Positions 1 through 10,184 are shown, counted from the first letter of the stretch. The stretch is 32,000 nt of DNA from Candidatus Moranella endobia PCIT (GCF_000219175.1 NC_015735.1:420001-452000); one strand, 5' to 3'. The notes: generated from the letters alone by a model not told the origin. Program-made: numbers and translations.

Positions 1-274
1 TACAAACTCCGCACTACGGGGGGGTAACAACTGTATTCTTAAGGAAAAAGTCCATTTTAATACAAGCTTTACCGTTGGTATAGAATATATGACCAAAAAA
101 TTTTAGGGAGGTTACCAATCCTGCAGCGCAGGTACTTTTCCCCACCAGTGAATTGGCGGGGGAATATCCCAACCAGTGTTAATACTCTATCTTCTGGTTA
201 GTTAGGTAGGTTAATGCTCTGCTGCCGCGCGTGATTGCTTGCTTGATAGTAGTGAACACGGCAGTAACGGTGCT

Positions 275-666
275 CCTCATTCCTATAAACAAGGTAGTGA
301 CGTGACCATGACACAGAAGCTCGGTCAGTGCGATACCGTCTGGAAACAGTAGTTTTGGTGCTAGCTCGGCAAACGGATATAGCATGTTTGAATGCGCGGT
401 TATGCATGTCATAATACGGCACCGTTAGGCAATTAATCGCGAGCGATATATCTAAATAGCAGCTATGTAACTTACGGCGATGCGAGTACGTCGTATGAAT
501 GAGCTAGCAGCTAAGCTAGTAGCGTTTTAGGCAAGGTTGTGGTATATACACATAGATAGTAGGCAGGTCAAGCAGATGGGTTGGCGGCAGATCATACAAC
601 GACGCCTAGATAGCAGCGCTGACCTGCTATATTACTACCAAGAGCCAGCCATACTGGCTGCTCCAT
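275..666 (-). pseudogene. folK: folK (7,8-dihydro-6-hydroxymethylpterin pyrophosphokinase) pseudogene, frameshifted with in-frame stops
   Basis: Minus-strand ATG at 666 overlaps the pcnB TGA (TGATG). It reads [14 protein letters not shown] (E. coli FolK: MTVAYIAIGSNLA) and then hits TGA at 592-594. Homology continues in other frames: VSAAI*ASLYDLPPTHLLDLPTIYVY; LDISLAINCLTVPYYDMHNRAF (ORF 198-422); MLYPFAELAPKLLFPDG (ORF 179-412). The position downstream of pcnB matches the E. coli pcnB-folK operon. The 3' boundary is approximate. Confidence 0.75.
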
Positions 667-2057
667 CAAGCGCTGTCGTTTTTTGGTACCCGACGACGCG
701 GACGATAGTTAGTGGGCGCGTCATTGCCTAGCATGAGCAACATATTTGTTTGCCGTTGCGGCGCAGCAATCTGGAACTCACCCCACCAACGACTGAGCTG
801 CTGCAGTTCGGTGTTTTTTTCAACTTCGGCGCGCAACGTTAACAAATCATAGGCGGAGCGAAATTTGGGATGCATTATCATCTTATGGGCGCTCTTGCCA
901 TGACGACGCGACAGCCGTAACTGAAGTTGCCACATATCCCGCATTAGGACGGTTATGCGTTTGGGTATCGCCAGCGTGCGGCATTGTTGGTCGATAATCT
1001 CTTGCATCGACAACACGAAAGCTTCAAAGTAAGACATACCGCTTTTTTCTTGAGTACGTTTCTGCACATGATCCAACAGCGGATACCACAGCATGGCAGC
1101 GAACAAGAAAGCAGAATTTACCCTCATATTATTGCGTAACCGCTGATCGGTGTTGGCCAGTACCTTAATTATCATCTGTTCCAAATAACTGTCGCCGTGC
1201 GAGGTAACATGATGGCTGATGACTGGAAACAGCGGCTGAAAAAGTTGGTATTTGCACAAAAGGCGGTAGGTAGCTTCACCGTATCCCGCCTGTAGTAGCT
1301 TTAGTGATTCTTCAAACAGCCTTGCAGGCGGGATATCGTGTAATAGTACCGCCAGTCGGGTAATTGGTGCGGCGGTTTCGCGACTGATGTTCATATTCAG
1401 TTTAGCAGCAAAACGCATCGCGCGCAGCATGCGCACCGGATCTTCCCGATAACGTATTTCTGGATCACCAAGCAAGCGAATGGTGCCTTCCTGTAAATCT
1501 TTCAGCCCCCCGGTATAGTCGCGCAGGGTAAAATCTGCCACGCTATAATACAGGCTGTTAACCGAAAAGTCGCGGCGCTGGGCATCTTCCTCGATGGATC
1601 CAAAAATATTATCGCGTAGCAGCATACCGTTGTTACTGGTGAGAGCTGCGCCCGGCGAGTATTCATTCTTTAGCACCTGATGCTGGCCTCGGAACGTGGC
1701 TACTTCTATAATTTCTTGCCCAAACATGACGTGGGCCAACCGAAAACGACGGCCAACTAGTCGGCAATTGCGGAATAGTTTACGCATCTGCTCTGGCGTT
1801 GCGCTGGTGGTGATGTCGAAATCCTTGGGTTTTTGACCGAGCAGCAGATCACGAACACCGCCGCCTACTAAATAGGCTTCGTATCCCGCTTTGTTCAAGC
1901 GGTAAAGCACTTTTAGGGCATTTTCACTGATCTCTTTGCGAGAAATTGAGTGCTGATCTCGCTGGATAATCACAAAATTGCTGCAATTTTCTTTTGATGT
2001 TTCCAAGCTTGGACGATTGAGCACTTTACGGCAGAAGTTTGCTACTCGGTTAAAAAT
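666..2057 (-). CDS. pcnB: poly(A) polymerase I
   Basis: The ORF 666-2093 translation aligns along its whole length with E. coli PcnB ([13 protein letters not shown]..., [23 protein letters not shown]). I place the start at ATT 2055-2057, the conserved IFxRVANFC position, with GAGGTG at 2062-2067. The ORF-track start at 2093 is a TTG with no SD sequence. Confidence 0.9.
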   Translation of the reverse strand: MFNRVANFCRKVLNRPSLETSKENCSNFVIIQRDQHSISRKEISENALKVLYRLNKAGYEAYLVGGGVRDLLLGQKPKDFDITTSATPEQMRKLFRNCRLVGRRFRLAHVMFGQEIIEVATFRGQHQVLKNEYSPGAALTSNNGMLLRDNIFGSIEEDAQRRDFSVNSLYYSVADFTLRDYTGGLKDLQEGTIRLLGDPEIRYREDPVRMLRAMRFAAKLNMNISRETAAPITRLAVLLHDIPPARLFEESLKLLQAGYGEATYRLLCKYQLFQPLFPVISHHVTSHGDSYLEQMIIKVLANTDQRLRNNMRVNSAFLFAAMLWYPLLDHVQKRTQEKSGMSYFEAFVLSMQEIIDQQCRTLAIPKRITVLMRDMWQLQLRLSRRHGKSAHKMIMHPKFRSAYDLLTLRAEVEKNTELQQLSRWWGEFQIAAPQRQTNMLLMLGNDAPTNYRPRRRVPKNDSA

Positions 2058-2447
2058 AGTACACCTCAATAGTAACACAGCAACAACTAACAAAAATTGG
2101 CCAATGATAGTCTACCTATTTTCCATCCAGGGTAGTAGTGTCAAGCAAGAAGTAGTATGCCATGCCACCCACCTCGTTTAAATAACAAACGGCACATAGG
2201 CGGCAGCAGCATCGATGTTCGATATCATATAAATCTATTATTTGCTTATTTGCGGTGCAAGGACGTGCTTACAATCTACTCGAGGGTAGGTTGTACAGCA
2301 ACAAAAACTTGTGCCTGATAGCGCAAGGATAATGATAATTACGATATAGGGGGGCAAAATAGTTGTAACAAAATATTGTAACGGTTCCGCTACCCAGATA
2401 GCATTATTGGCCGTAACCGAAGCTATAGCAACCCTGGCCCTGGCTCC

Positions 2448-2897
2448 TTACCTTACCATCTGTTTCTCACGAATTTCAGAGAGAGTCTTACAGTCGATGC
2501 ACAAATCGGCTGTCGGACGTGCTTCCAGGCGCCTGATACCAATTTCAACGCTACAAGATTCGCAGAAGCCAAAATTATTGACTTCTACTTTTTTGAGAGT
2601 TTTCTCAATTTTTTTGATTAGTTTACGTTCCCGATCACGATTACGTAGCTCAAGGTTGAACTCTTCTTCCTGCGCGGCCCTATCTACCGGATCGGGGAAA
2701 TTAGCTGCTTCATCCTGCATATATGAAACAGTACGCCATACTTCATATCTGAGCTGATTACGCCATGTTTTAAGAATGCGCGTGAAATGCAACAGCTGGG
2801 TTTCATTCATATACTCCTCACCAGGCTTTTGCTGGTAGGGTTCGACCCCAGCAATGGCAAGAATGCTTAAAGAGGATGTCTTACGTTTCTCTTGCAC
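2448..2897 (-). CDS. dksA: RNA polymerase-binding transcription factor DksA
   Basis: [32 protein letters not shown]... is near-identical to E. coli DksA, including the C4 zinc finger CESC...CIDC. The GTG start at 2897 is preceded by AAGGAG with a 7-nt spacing. The 26-codon upstream extension in the ORF track has no homology. Confidence 0.92.
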   Translation of the reverse strand: MQEKRKTSSLSILAIAGVEPYQQKPGEEYMNETQLLHFTRILKTWRNQLRYEVWRTVSYMQDEAANFPDPVDRAAQEEEFNLELRNRDRERKLIKKIEKTLKKVEVNNFGFCESCSVEIGIRRLEARPTADLCIDCKTLSEIREKQMVR

Positions 2898-3586
2898 GTT
2901 GCTTCTCCTTCTAACCAGCAGCAATACCCAAAAAGTTACTATCATATAAATAGCAGATGATATTAAGTTTGGCAATGTTTCCTATCTTCATAGCTATATT
3001 TTTTGAAAAATATCCAGTAAGTAAAGCGCACCAGAAGCTGGCACCTGGGGAAACTGCTAAGATGGTATGTAGTTATTATCTTAATTTGACCAAGAGCTTA
3101 TTTGACCGGAATATAGCAGCCGTACGCACGCTGTTTCACAGCAAATAACTAATCTATTGATTCTCTGAATCAGAGATTCATATCGCACTTATGCGCTAAA
3201 ACGCGCGTATCCTGCCAGTTCGGCAGTTTTCCGCCGGGCAGTTATTATACTACTACTCATTCGACCCAAGTGTTAGCGCAGTCGAATGTTCCTGTGGAGC
3301 CATGGGGGCAATAAAAATTTTATAGCGTTGTATCAACTTAGCTGGCTTGAGGGCCAGTTCGAATAATAGCATAATGTGTTCTCACCTGATGGTGATAGCG
3401 TGGCATATTGCATTAAAGCACTTCCGAGATAGCACACCAATCAATAGCGTATCTAGCAGCGCCTAAGCGAGATCACTACTGATCATAATATTCCAATAGC
3501 TATATAGCAAGAGAGAGATATTCTCTCGTAGAGATTTTGTTGCAATACTACATTCCAAGCAAAGGTAGGCTAATATAGTAGTGATC

Positions 3587-5326
3587 ATGACAACTAAATT
3601 ACAACGGCGTCCACTGGGCGATATTGCTGTGCTGGCTGAGGCAGATATACCACAGTTGTTGAAACGCTTGTACGTGCAACGCGGAGTTTGCACAATGAGT
3701 GAATTAGAGAATAGCACACGCGGTTTGTTACCATACCACCAACTTACGGGCATCGAGCAAGCGGTAGATATTCTGGTCAGAGCGCTGGTTAACCAGCGCA
3801 GAATGATGGTGATTGGTGATTGCGATGCGGACGGGGCTACTAGCACGGCGCTAGCAGTACTAGCGCTGCGGCAAATGGGTGCGCGGCAGGTGGACTTTCT
3901 GGTGCCAAATCGCTTTGCTGACGGCTACGGTCTCAGCCCAGCTGTGGTAGAACAAGCGGCGGCGTGCGGGGCGCAGGTAATTATTACCGTGGATAATGGT
4001 ATTGCTTCCCATGACGGCGTAGCCTTAGCACATAACAAAGGGATTATGGTGCTGATTACTGATCATCACATCCCTGGCGATCGCCTGCCAGCCGCACATG
4101 CTATTGTTAATCCCAATTTGCGCGGCTGCGCCTTCGCATCGAAAGCCCTAGCTGGTGTTGGTGTAGCATTTTATTTGATGCTGGCGCTGCGCGCGCAGCT
4201 CAATGATAGTGGTTGGTTTACTAAACTTAGAATCGTTGCCCCAAATATGGCCGATCTACTAGATTTAGTCGCATTGGGCACAGTGGCTGATATGGTGCCA
4301 CTGGACGCCAATAACCGTATTCTGATACATCAGGGGCTAAACCGCATCCGTGCTGGCCGTTGCCGTCCCGGCATTCGCGCGCTGGCTGAGGTAGCCAACC
4401 TTGCTCCTACCCAGCGGCTATGTGCCAGCAATCTTAGCTTCTCGCTGGGACCGCGGCTAAACGCTGCCGGCCGGCTGGCCGATATGTCGGTTGGAGTTAA
4501 TCTGCTATTGGTCGATGACCTGTCGCTGGCGTGCATTCTGGCCACTGAGTTAGATGAACTAAATCAGACCAGGCGTGACATCGAACATAGAATGGAAGCA
4601 GAAGCCGTGGCGCTATGTAACAAGATGATGACGTGCGATGAGCAGCAGGTATTACCATTTGGACTGGTAATCTACCATGCGCAGTGGCATCAGGGCGTGG
4701 TGGGTATATTAGCATCGCGGATGAAAGCACGTTTTCACCGGCCGGTTATTGCTTTTGCGCCCGCCGGGGACGGTGTGCTAAAAGGTTCTGGTAGATCGGT
4801 TGCCGGCTTGCATATGCTAGATATGCTAGAGCGGCTAAACAAATTACATCCTGGGTTGATACTACAATTTGGTGGCCATGCCATGTCCGCCGGCTTAACG
4901 CTGAAGCAGCAACAATTGAACAGGTTCCGACAGCATTTCGCTGACATGGTTGATCAATTGCTAGAGCCAGCGATGCTGGAAAACGTGATTTGGTCGGACG
5001 GTGAGCTATCAAGCTTGGATCTATCTTTGACCACCGCAGAGCTACTGCGCAACGGCGGCCCCTGGGGACATGCATTTCCCGATCCAATATTTGACGGGAG
5101 GTTTAACGTGCTAAATCAGCGGCTAGTGGGTGGAAAACACCTGAAATTGCTGCTGACACCCCAAGCCGGCGGCCCCACACTGGATGGAATGGCTTTTAAT
5201 GTCGATACGTGCCTGTGGCCAAATAACAACGTGCAAACCGTGGAAATAGCTTATCAACTTGACGTGAATGAGTTTCGCGGTAATCGACGTTTACAACTAT
5301 TAATCCAGCATATTTGGCAGCTGTAG
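3587..5326 (+). CDS. recJ: single-stranded-DNA-specific exonuclease RecJ
   Basis: Full-length similarity to E. coli RecJ. DHH-family motifs are present (GDCDADGATS, TVDNG, ITDHH, GGHAMSAG). Start is ATG 3587, or alternatively GTG 3581. It is followed by prfB-lysS, as in E. coli. Confidence 0.93.
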   Translation: MTTKLQRRPLGDIAVLAEADIPQLLKRLYVQRGVCTMSELENSTRGLLPYHQLTGIEQAVDILVRALVNQRRMMVIGDCDADGATSTALAVLALRQMGARQVDFLVPNRFADGYGLSPAVVEQAAACGAQVIITVDNGIASHDGVALAHNKGIMVLITDHHIPGDRLPAAHAIVNPNLRGCAFASKALAGVGVAFYLMLALRAQLNDSGWFTKLRIVAPNMADLLDLVALGTVADMVPLDANNRILIHQGLNRIRAGRCRPGIRALAEVANLAPTQRLCASNLSFSLGPRLNAAGRLADMSVGVNLLLVDDLSLACILATELDELNQTRRDIEHRMEAEAVALCNKMMTCDEQQVLPFGLVIYHAQWHQGVVGILASRMKARFHRPVIAFAPAGDGVLKGSGRSVAGLHMLDMLERLNKLHPGLILQFGGHAMSAGLTLKQQQLNRFRQHFADMVDQLLEPAMLENVIWSDGELSSLDLSLTTAELLRNGGPWGHAFPDPIFDGRFNVLNQRLVGGKHLKLLLTPQAGGPTLDGMAFNVDTCLWPNNNVQTVEIAYQLDVNEFRGNRRLQLLIQHIWQL

Positions 5327-5462
5327 TGTATCTATCTAGTGTAATAGTAGATTACTGCTGCTATCGCAACTTTGATGGCGCAGAATACTATTCGCCAGAA
5401 TGCAGATCAGTTAAAATAGCTAGCAACAAGTATTGCTTTTTATTCCAGGAGTACATTCATCC

Positions 5463-6558
5463 ATGTTTGACATCAATCCAAAAACCCGCATTCAGTACTT
5501 GTCAGAAAGGATAGCTGTTCTCAGGAGGTATCTTTGACTACGATCTCAAGAAAGAACGCCTCGCCGAAGTAAACGCCGAGCTCGCACAACCTGACGTTTG
5601 GAAGGAGCGAGCCCGCGCGCAAGCACTTGGTAAGGAGCGTTCGTCGCTAGAGGTTAGCGTTGAAACCATCGATAAGCTTATCAATGGTGTGGAATCAGTT
5701 GCAAACCGATTAGAACTAGCTGTGAAAGCCAACAATGAAGATACCTTCTGCGCAACCCAACGCGAATTGACCGTTCTAGAGGAAAAACTCGGACAAATTG
5801 AATTGCGTCGTCTGTTTGCTGGCGAGTACGATAGCGCAGATTGCTATTTGGATATTCAGGCTGGCTCCGGCGGCACCGAAGCGCAGGATTGGGCCAGCAT
5901 GCTGCTCAGAATGTATTTGCGCTGGGCAGAATCGCGTGGTTTTCACACTGAAATGATCGAAGAGTCGGCAGGAGAAGTTGCTGGCATTAAATCGGTGACC
6001 ATAAAGGTAATTGGCGACTATGCTTATGGTTGGCTCAGAACCGAAACCGGGGTGCATCGCTTGGTACGTAAAAGCCCGTTCGACTCTTGCGGTCGACGTC
6101 ATACCTCGTTCAGCTCCGCTTTTGTTTATCCGGAAGTAGATGATGATATCGATATCGAAATTAACCCAGCGCATCTACGTATTGATGTTTACCGTGCATC
6201 TGGTGCCGGCGGTCAGCACGTTAACCGGACCGAATCAGCAGTACGTATTACACATTTGCCGACCAATATAGTCACCCAGTGCCAAAGTGATCGTTCACAG
6301 CATAAAAACAAAGACCAAGCTATGAAACAACTTAAATCCAAGCTGTATGAATTTGAGCTACAGAAAAAGAACGCCGAAAAGCAGACGCTGGAAGATACTA
6401 AGTCCAATATTAGCTGGGGTAGTCAGATACGCTCATATGTGCTGGACGATTCCCGCATCAAGGATCTGCGTACTGGCATTGAAACTCGTAATATCCAGTC
6501 GGTGCTGGATGGTAATCTTGATCAATTTATTGAGGCCAGCCTTAAAGCAGGGCTATGA
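5463..6558 (+). CDS. prfB: peptide chain release factor 2, expressed through a programmed +1 frameshift (join 5463..5534, 5536..6558)
   Basis: Frame 0 from ATG 5463 gives [24 protein letters not shown] and then TGA at 5535-5537. The +1 frame continues [22 protein letters not shown]...SPF...GGQ... to 6558, colinear with E. coli RF2. The ORF track only reports the part from 5689. Confidence 0.93.
5523..5538 (+). other. prfB autoregulatory +1 frameshift site (SD-like AGGAGG, then TAT CTT TGA C)
   Basis: aggagg tat ctt tga c is directly visible at 5523-5538. It matches the classical E. coli prfB site AGGGGG TAT CTT TGA C in sequence and spacing. Confidence 0.9.
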
Positions 6559-6568
6559 AGAAAACCAC

Positions 6569-8089
6569 ATGTATGAATTAAAATCACAGTATGGTGCCCA
6601 TCAGGCGCTGTATTTAAACAATAAGATGCGTTATAGGCGGGACAAACTGACCAAATTACGACAGCATGGCAGCGCTTTTCCTAATGATTTTCGGCGGAAC
6701 GCTGTTTCCGACCAGCTACATGCTTGCTACGGCGAGAAAAGTAATGAAGAGCTGAACGCGTTGAATATCGTAGTCCGCGTCGCAGGACGCATGATGACCT
6801 GTCGCATTATGGGCAAAGCATCATTTGCGACTTTACAGGACGTGGGAGGGACAATCCAGCTGTACGTCGTCCGCGATGATCTTCCTAATGGCCAGTATAA
6901 TGCTCAATTTAAACAATTGGACCTTGGGGACATTGTGGGCGCGTGTGGTAAATTATTTAAAACCCGTACCGGCGAATTGTCTGTGCATTGTAACGATATT
7001 AATCTGCTTACCAAGGCTATACGTCCGCTGCCAGATAAATTTCACGGCCTAGCAGATCAGGAAACCCGCTATCGTCAGCGTTATCTCGATCTTATTGCCA
7101 ACGAAGAATCGCGCCAAATATTTAAAATACGTTCGCGCATCATGGCGGAAATTCGCCGTTTTATGATGGATAACTATTTTATGGAAGTAGAAACGCCAAT
7201 GATGCAAACTATCCCAGGCGGGGCAGCCGCTCGGCCGTTTATTACCCACCATAACGCTTTGGATATCGATATGTATCTGCGGATAGCACCAGAACTTTAT
7301 CTGAAGCGTTTGGTAGTTGGCGGTTTTGAACGAGTATTTGAAATCAATCGCAACTTTCGTAATGAAGGACTGTCGCCGCGCCATAACCCAGAGTTTACTA
7401 TGATGGAACTCTATATGGCCTACGCTGATTACCGCGACCTAATGGTGCTGGTTGAAGAGTTATTCCGTACCTTAACTAATCGGGTATTTGGTAGTAGCGT
7501 AGTGCATTACGGTAATCAGACATTCGATTTCGGCAAACCGTTTATCCAGATGACCATGACAGAAGCAATCTGCCACTTTTACCCGGAAACAATGCCAAAA
7601 GCGCTAGAAAATATTGCCACTGCGACCGCTATTGCAGCTTCGCTGGGTATCAAGGTAGACAACAGCTGGGGTCTTGGTCGGGTGCAGACTGAAATATTTC
7701 AAGAAACGGCGGAAAGTAATTTAATTCAGCCAACGTTCATTACCGCCTACCCGTTGGAAGTATCGCCGCTAGCGCGCAGCAACGACGACAACCCGTTTTT
7801 CGCCGACCGTTTTGAATTGTTTATCGGCGGGCGGGAAATTGGCAATGGTTTCTCTGAGCTTAATGATGCCGAAGAGCAAGCTGCGCGCTTTGTCGCACAG
7901 GCACAGGCCAAGAACTACGGTGATGACGAAGCAATGTTTTATGACGATGATTATGTCAATGCGTTGGAATACGGCCTGCCGCCTACCGCCGGCTTAGGTA
8001 TCGGTGTCGATCGTTTGATGATGATATTGACAAACAGTCATACCATTCGCGATGTAATCCTATTTCCAGTACTAAGGCCGCAAAAATAA
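6569..8089 (+). CDS. lysS: lysine--tRNA ligase
   Basis: From ATG 6569, MYELKSQ...FPNDFRR...[22 protein letters not shown]...[14 protein letters not shown]... aligns with E. coli LysS. The ORF-track start at 6347 lies inside prfB and has no homology. Confidence 0.94.
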   Translation: MYELKSQYGAHQALYLNNKMRYRRDKLTKLRQHGSAFPNDFRRNAVSDQLHACYGEKSNEELNALNIVVRVAGRMMTCRIMGKASFATLQDVGGTIQLYVVRDDLPNGQYNAQFKQLDLGDIVGACGKLFKTRTGELSVHCNDINLLTKAIRPLPDKFHGLADQETRYRQRYLDLIANEESRQIFKIRSRIMAEIRRFMMDNYFMEVETPMMQTIPGGAAARPFITHHNALDIDMYLRIAPELYLKRLVVGGFERVFEINRNFRNEGLSPRHNPEFTMMELYMAYADYRDLMVLVEELFRTLTNRVFGSSVVHYGNQTFDFGKPFIQMTMTEAICHFYPETMPKALENIATATAIAASLGIKVDNSWGLGRVQTEIFQETAESNLIQPTFITAYPLEVSPLARSNDDNPFFADRFELFIGGREIGNGFSELNDAEEQAARFVAQAQAKNYGDDEAMFYDDDYVNALEYGLPPTAGLGIGVDRLMMILTNSHTIRDVILFPVLRPQK

Positions 8090-8096
8090 ACAAAGT

Positions 8097-8116
8097 GATG
8101 GCGCATTACCGCCATC
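8097..8116 (+). terminator. candidate stem-loop just after the lysS stop (gatggcg-cattac-cgccatc)
   Basis: A 7-bp GC-rich stem lies 8 nt after the lysS TAA. No U-tract follows, so an intrinsic-terminator function is uncertain. Confidence 0.3.
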
Positions 8117-8360
8117 CTCATGAACTAATACTACCTACATTATTGATGTTATTACCGGTTTCAATGGCTAACACCTGCTGTTGCACGTGTTATAGCGTTT
8201 GTTGGTAACGTCAGTCAATCCATGATGTAATAGGCTAGTGCCTGTGCGACAAAGCGTTGAACAACCAGCACCAACCGGTTCCAACCAAGTAGGTGACAGG
8301 TCATCCAGCTGGGTGGCGCGAAGTTATACCCGGGTTAATAATAGCTGTAGCTGCGCTTCA

Positions 8361-8882
8361 TTATCTGTTTTCCAGCATATTGATGATTTGGTTCGCAACA
8401 AACTTTGCACTTTGTTCGTCGTTGTATATAGTGACGTCAGCTATTTCTTCATACAGCGGGTTACGCTCTCGAGCCAGTGCTTCTAGAACGTCGCGTGGCG
8501 GAACTTCTACTTGCAATAGCGGTCGTTTCTTATCCCTCTGTGTACGGGCAAGTTGTTTTTCAATGGTAGTTTCAAGATAAATCACCACACCTCTGGAGGA
8601 TAGGCGGTTGCGTGTTTCGCGTGATTTGACGGATCCACCACCGGTAGCCAGCACGATTCCCTGTTTTTGGGTTAGTTCGTTGATGATGTTTTCTTCTCTC
8701 GTACGGAAGCCGTCTTCTCCTTCTACATCAAATACCCATTCGATATCTGCCCCAGTGCGTCGTTCAATCTCTTGATCAGAATCGAAAAATTCCATATGAA
8801 GTTGTTGAGCCAACTGCCGTCCAATAGTGCTTTTGCCGGCACCCATAGGTCCAATCAGAAAGATACTACATTTCTCTGCCAT
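8361..8882 (-). CDS. aroK: shikimate kinase I
   Basis: The 173-aa product [28 protein letters not shown]... is colinear with E. coli AroK (Walker [10 protein letters not shown]). No aroB follows it here. Confidence 0.93.
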   Translation of the reverse strand: MAEKCSIFLIGPMGAGKSTIGRQLAQQLHMEFFDSDQEIERRTGADIEWVFDVEGEDGFRTREENIINELTQKQGIVLATGGGSVKSRETRNRLSSRGVVIYLETTIEKQLARTQRDKKRPLLQVEVPPRDVLEALARERNPLYEEIADVTIYNDEQSAKFVANQIINMLENR

Positions 8883-9304
8883 GTTTTTTGGTCTTACTAA
8901 GAATATTCGTTAATGATAACCTACCCAACCGATCAAATTAGCGGTGGAACCTCACTTCAACTAACACCTAGTTTTCGTTACTCCCTGGGCGGAAATTATC
9001 TCAACACTCAGGGTAGTTTGGCAACCAATTAAATTCATGTCTCTACTGCAATAGTGATAGATGCATTTGATGCACAATCAATCAAAAAATCCAGCTCGAG
9101 AGGAGCAAGTGGCGGCGTAACGCGAGACCTCGTCAACTATGATTTCGTAATCAGCATTATGACAGCGTTTTCTGACCTATTTTCATCCAAGATGACAAAC
9201 GACCCAAATAGACATTAACAGTTAATTCCCGATACTATCAATCTTGGATAGAAGCGTTTATGACCACTTAAATCTTATGTGGAATGAAGAAGATATGTAT
9301 CACA

Positions 9305-9830
9305 TCAATTTTTGCTTAGAACAAAAAAAGCGTGGATCAGGATCGAATATTTTATGGTTGGCAGTATGCTGATCAATGTCCTGTACTCATAGGTCCAAGT
9401 TGTCTCAAATAGACGATATTACGAAGCAACGGGTACCAAATTCAGCTGCTGGTCGTGCCAATACTGAAAATCGAAAAACCGGTGGTAGATGCAGCACCAT
9501 ACCATGAATGGGGTGCCGCAAACTATATCGACAATGTACAGTACAGATAATTCGTATGTCAGTAGAAAACTGATCAGGCGAGACGGGAAATAATTATCCG
9601 TCTGAAGGCTATTTACTTATACGTAGCTACTGTTTCGCTTTGTTACTGGTGCGCCACCTGCACTTCAAAACAAAAGTTAGCATATTAACTACAAAGTATT
9701 CTGCTAACGCAAATTACACTAGTTACAGTTAAATAGCTTTTAACCAGTAGTAAGTCCGGTAACCAGTATAAATAAACAGCAGTGGTAGCAGCAGTTATGA
9801 TCATCCGCCACAGCAGCCACACTGGTAGCT
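9305..9830 (-). pseudogene. yccA: yccA (BAX inhibitor-1 family membrane protein) pseudogene, 5'-truncated and frameshifted
   Basis: Directly downstream of serT on the same strand, as in E. coli. Fragments in different frames resemble YccA: IITAATTAVYLYWLP (SAITATASTVLMLPSP); WYGAASTTGFSIFSIG (CCSAYVLTTRKDMSFLGG region); RLFETTWTYEYRTLISILPTIKYSILIHAFFVL ([35 protein letters not shown]). LFET is encoded at 9401-9412. There are several in-frame stops. Confidence 0.55.
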
Positions 9831-9836
9831 TAACTG

Positions 9837-9924
9837 TGGTGGAGGAGGTAGGATTTGAACCCACGGAAGATTGCTCTTCGCCGGTTTTCAAGACCGGTGC
9901 CTTAAACCACTCGGCCACTCCTCC
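9837..9924 (-). tRNA. serT: tRNA-Ser (anticodon UGA), class II with a long variable arm, CCA encoded
   Basis: Minus strand: GGAGGAG-TG-GCC-GAGTGGTTTAA-GGC-A-CCGGT-CTTGAAA-ACCGG-C-GAAGA-GCAA-TCTTC-C-GTGGG-TTCAAAT-CCTAC-CTCCTCC-A-CCA. It folds as a cloverleaf and closely resembles E. coli serT. Confidence 0.9.
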
Positions 9925-9949
9925 GTAACGTGGTTGCTTACCCTATCAC

Positions 9950-9978
9950 ATTATAAATAGAACTGTTCTGGTTGTAAA
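9950..9978 (-). promoter_or_regulatory. near-consensus sigma70 promoter for serT (-35 TTTACA, 17-nt spacer, -10 TATAAT)
   Basis: The minus strand reads tttaca(9978-9973)-accagaacagttctatt-tataat(9955-9950). The -10 element ends about 25 nt upstream of the mature tRNA 5' end at 9924. Confidence 0.55.
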
Positions 9979-10184
9979 TAACGTTTTAGCTAATTCTTAG
10001 CCAGAAGATCTCTCAACTATAGGGACACTATCGCGGATGCTACTGGTGTCCTATTGTTAGCTAGCGCCTTTACCCCACCCAGGCTGAACTGGCAACAAAC
10101 TTAGGCCTAGCTTGTTGGCGACAATACGGCGGCTAATTTCTTATTACCAGCTCCTCAGGCCAGCCGCTGTTAGTAGTTTTTTTT

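Noticed and set aside
537-731. 64-aa plus-strand ORF across the pcnB/folK junction
   Set aside because: It is antisense to the pcnB 3' end and the folK pseudogene 5' end, with no homology.
2957-3148. 63-aa plus-strand ORF divergent from dksA ([18 protein letters not shown]...)
   Set aside because: It has no SD sequence and no recognisable homology, and it is AT-rich and low-complexity. It is most likely a chance ORF in the spacer.
3212-3230. Small hairpin ctgcc-agttc-ggcag followed by tttt in the dksA-recJ spacer
   Set aside because: The stem is only 5 bp, and no upstream plus-strand gene needs terminating. Many comparable 5-8 bp dyads occur in the spacers (for example 3163-3177, 3258-3288, 21536-21554, 22969-22985, 23248-23261) at a density I cannot distinguish from chance.
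3340-3375. T-loop-like ccagttcgaat, suggesting a second tRNA
   Set aside because: No acceptor, D or anticodon arms can be built around it.
3463-5087. Minus-strand ORFs antisense to recJ (3463-3846, 4330-4545, 4497-4730, 4735-4947, 4746-5087)
   Set aside because: They lie wholly antisense to a well-supported recJ, have low-complexity Arg/Ser/Ala-rich translations and show no recognisable homology. Similar antisense ORFs occur opposite prfB, lysS, aroK, pta, ackA, typA, truA, hemW, queA, tgt, sufB and sufC.
5535-5537. Possibility of UGA reassignment (UGA = Trp), as in some tiny symbiont genomes
   Set aside because: prfB (RF2) is intact and keeps its UGA-dependent frameshift. UGA also terminates pcnB at the position expected from homology.
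6347-6568. N-terminal 74 codons of the ORF-track lysS call, overlapping prfB
   Set aside because: There is no LysS homology before MYELKSQ (ATG 6569). The extension is simply an open frame inside prfB.
8883-9304. Possible hofQ (secretin) remnant upstream of aroK, as in the E. coli hofMNOPQ-aroKB locus
   Set aside because: I could not find any convincing secretin C-terminal motif in any minus-strand frame. I leave it as unassigned spacer.
9685-9918. 77-aa minus-strand ORF (MAEWFKAPVLKTGEE...)
   Set aside because: Its first 27 codons are the serT tRNA read as protein, and the rest is the yccA remnant. It is not a gene.
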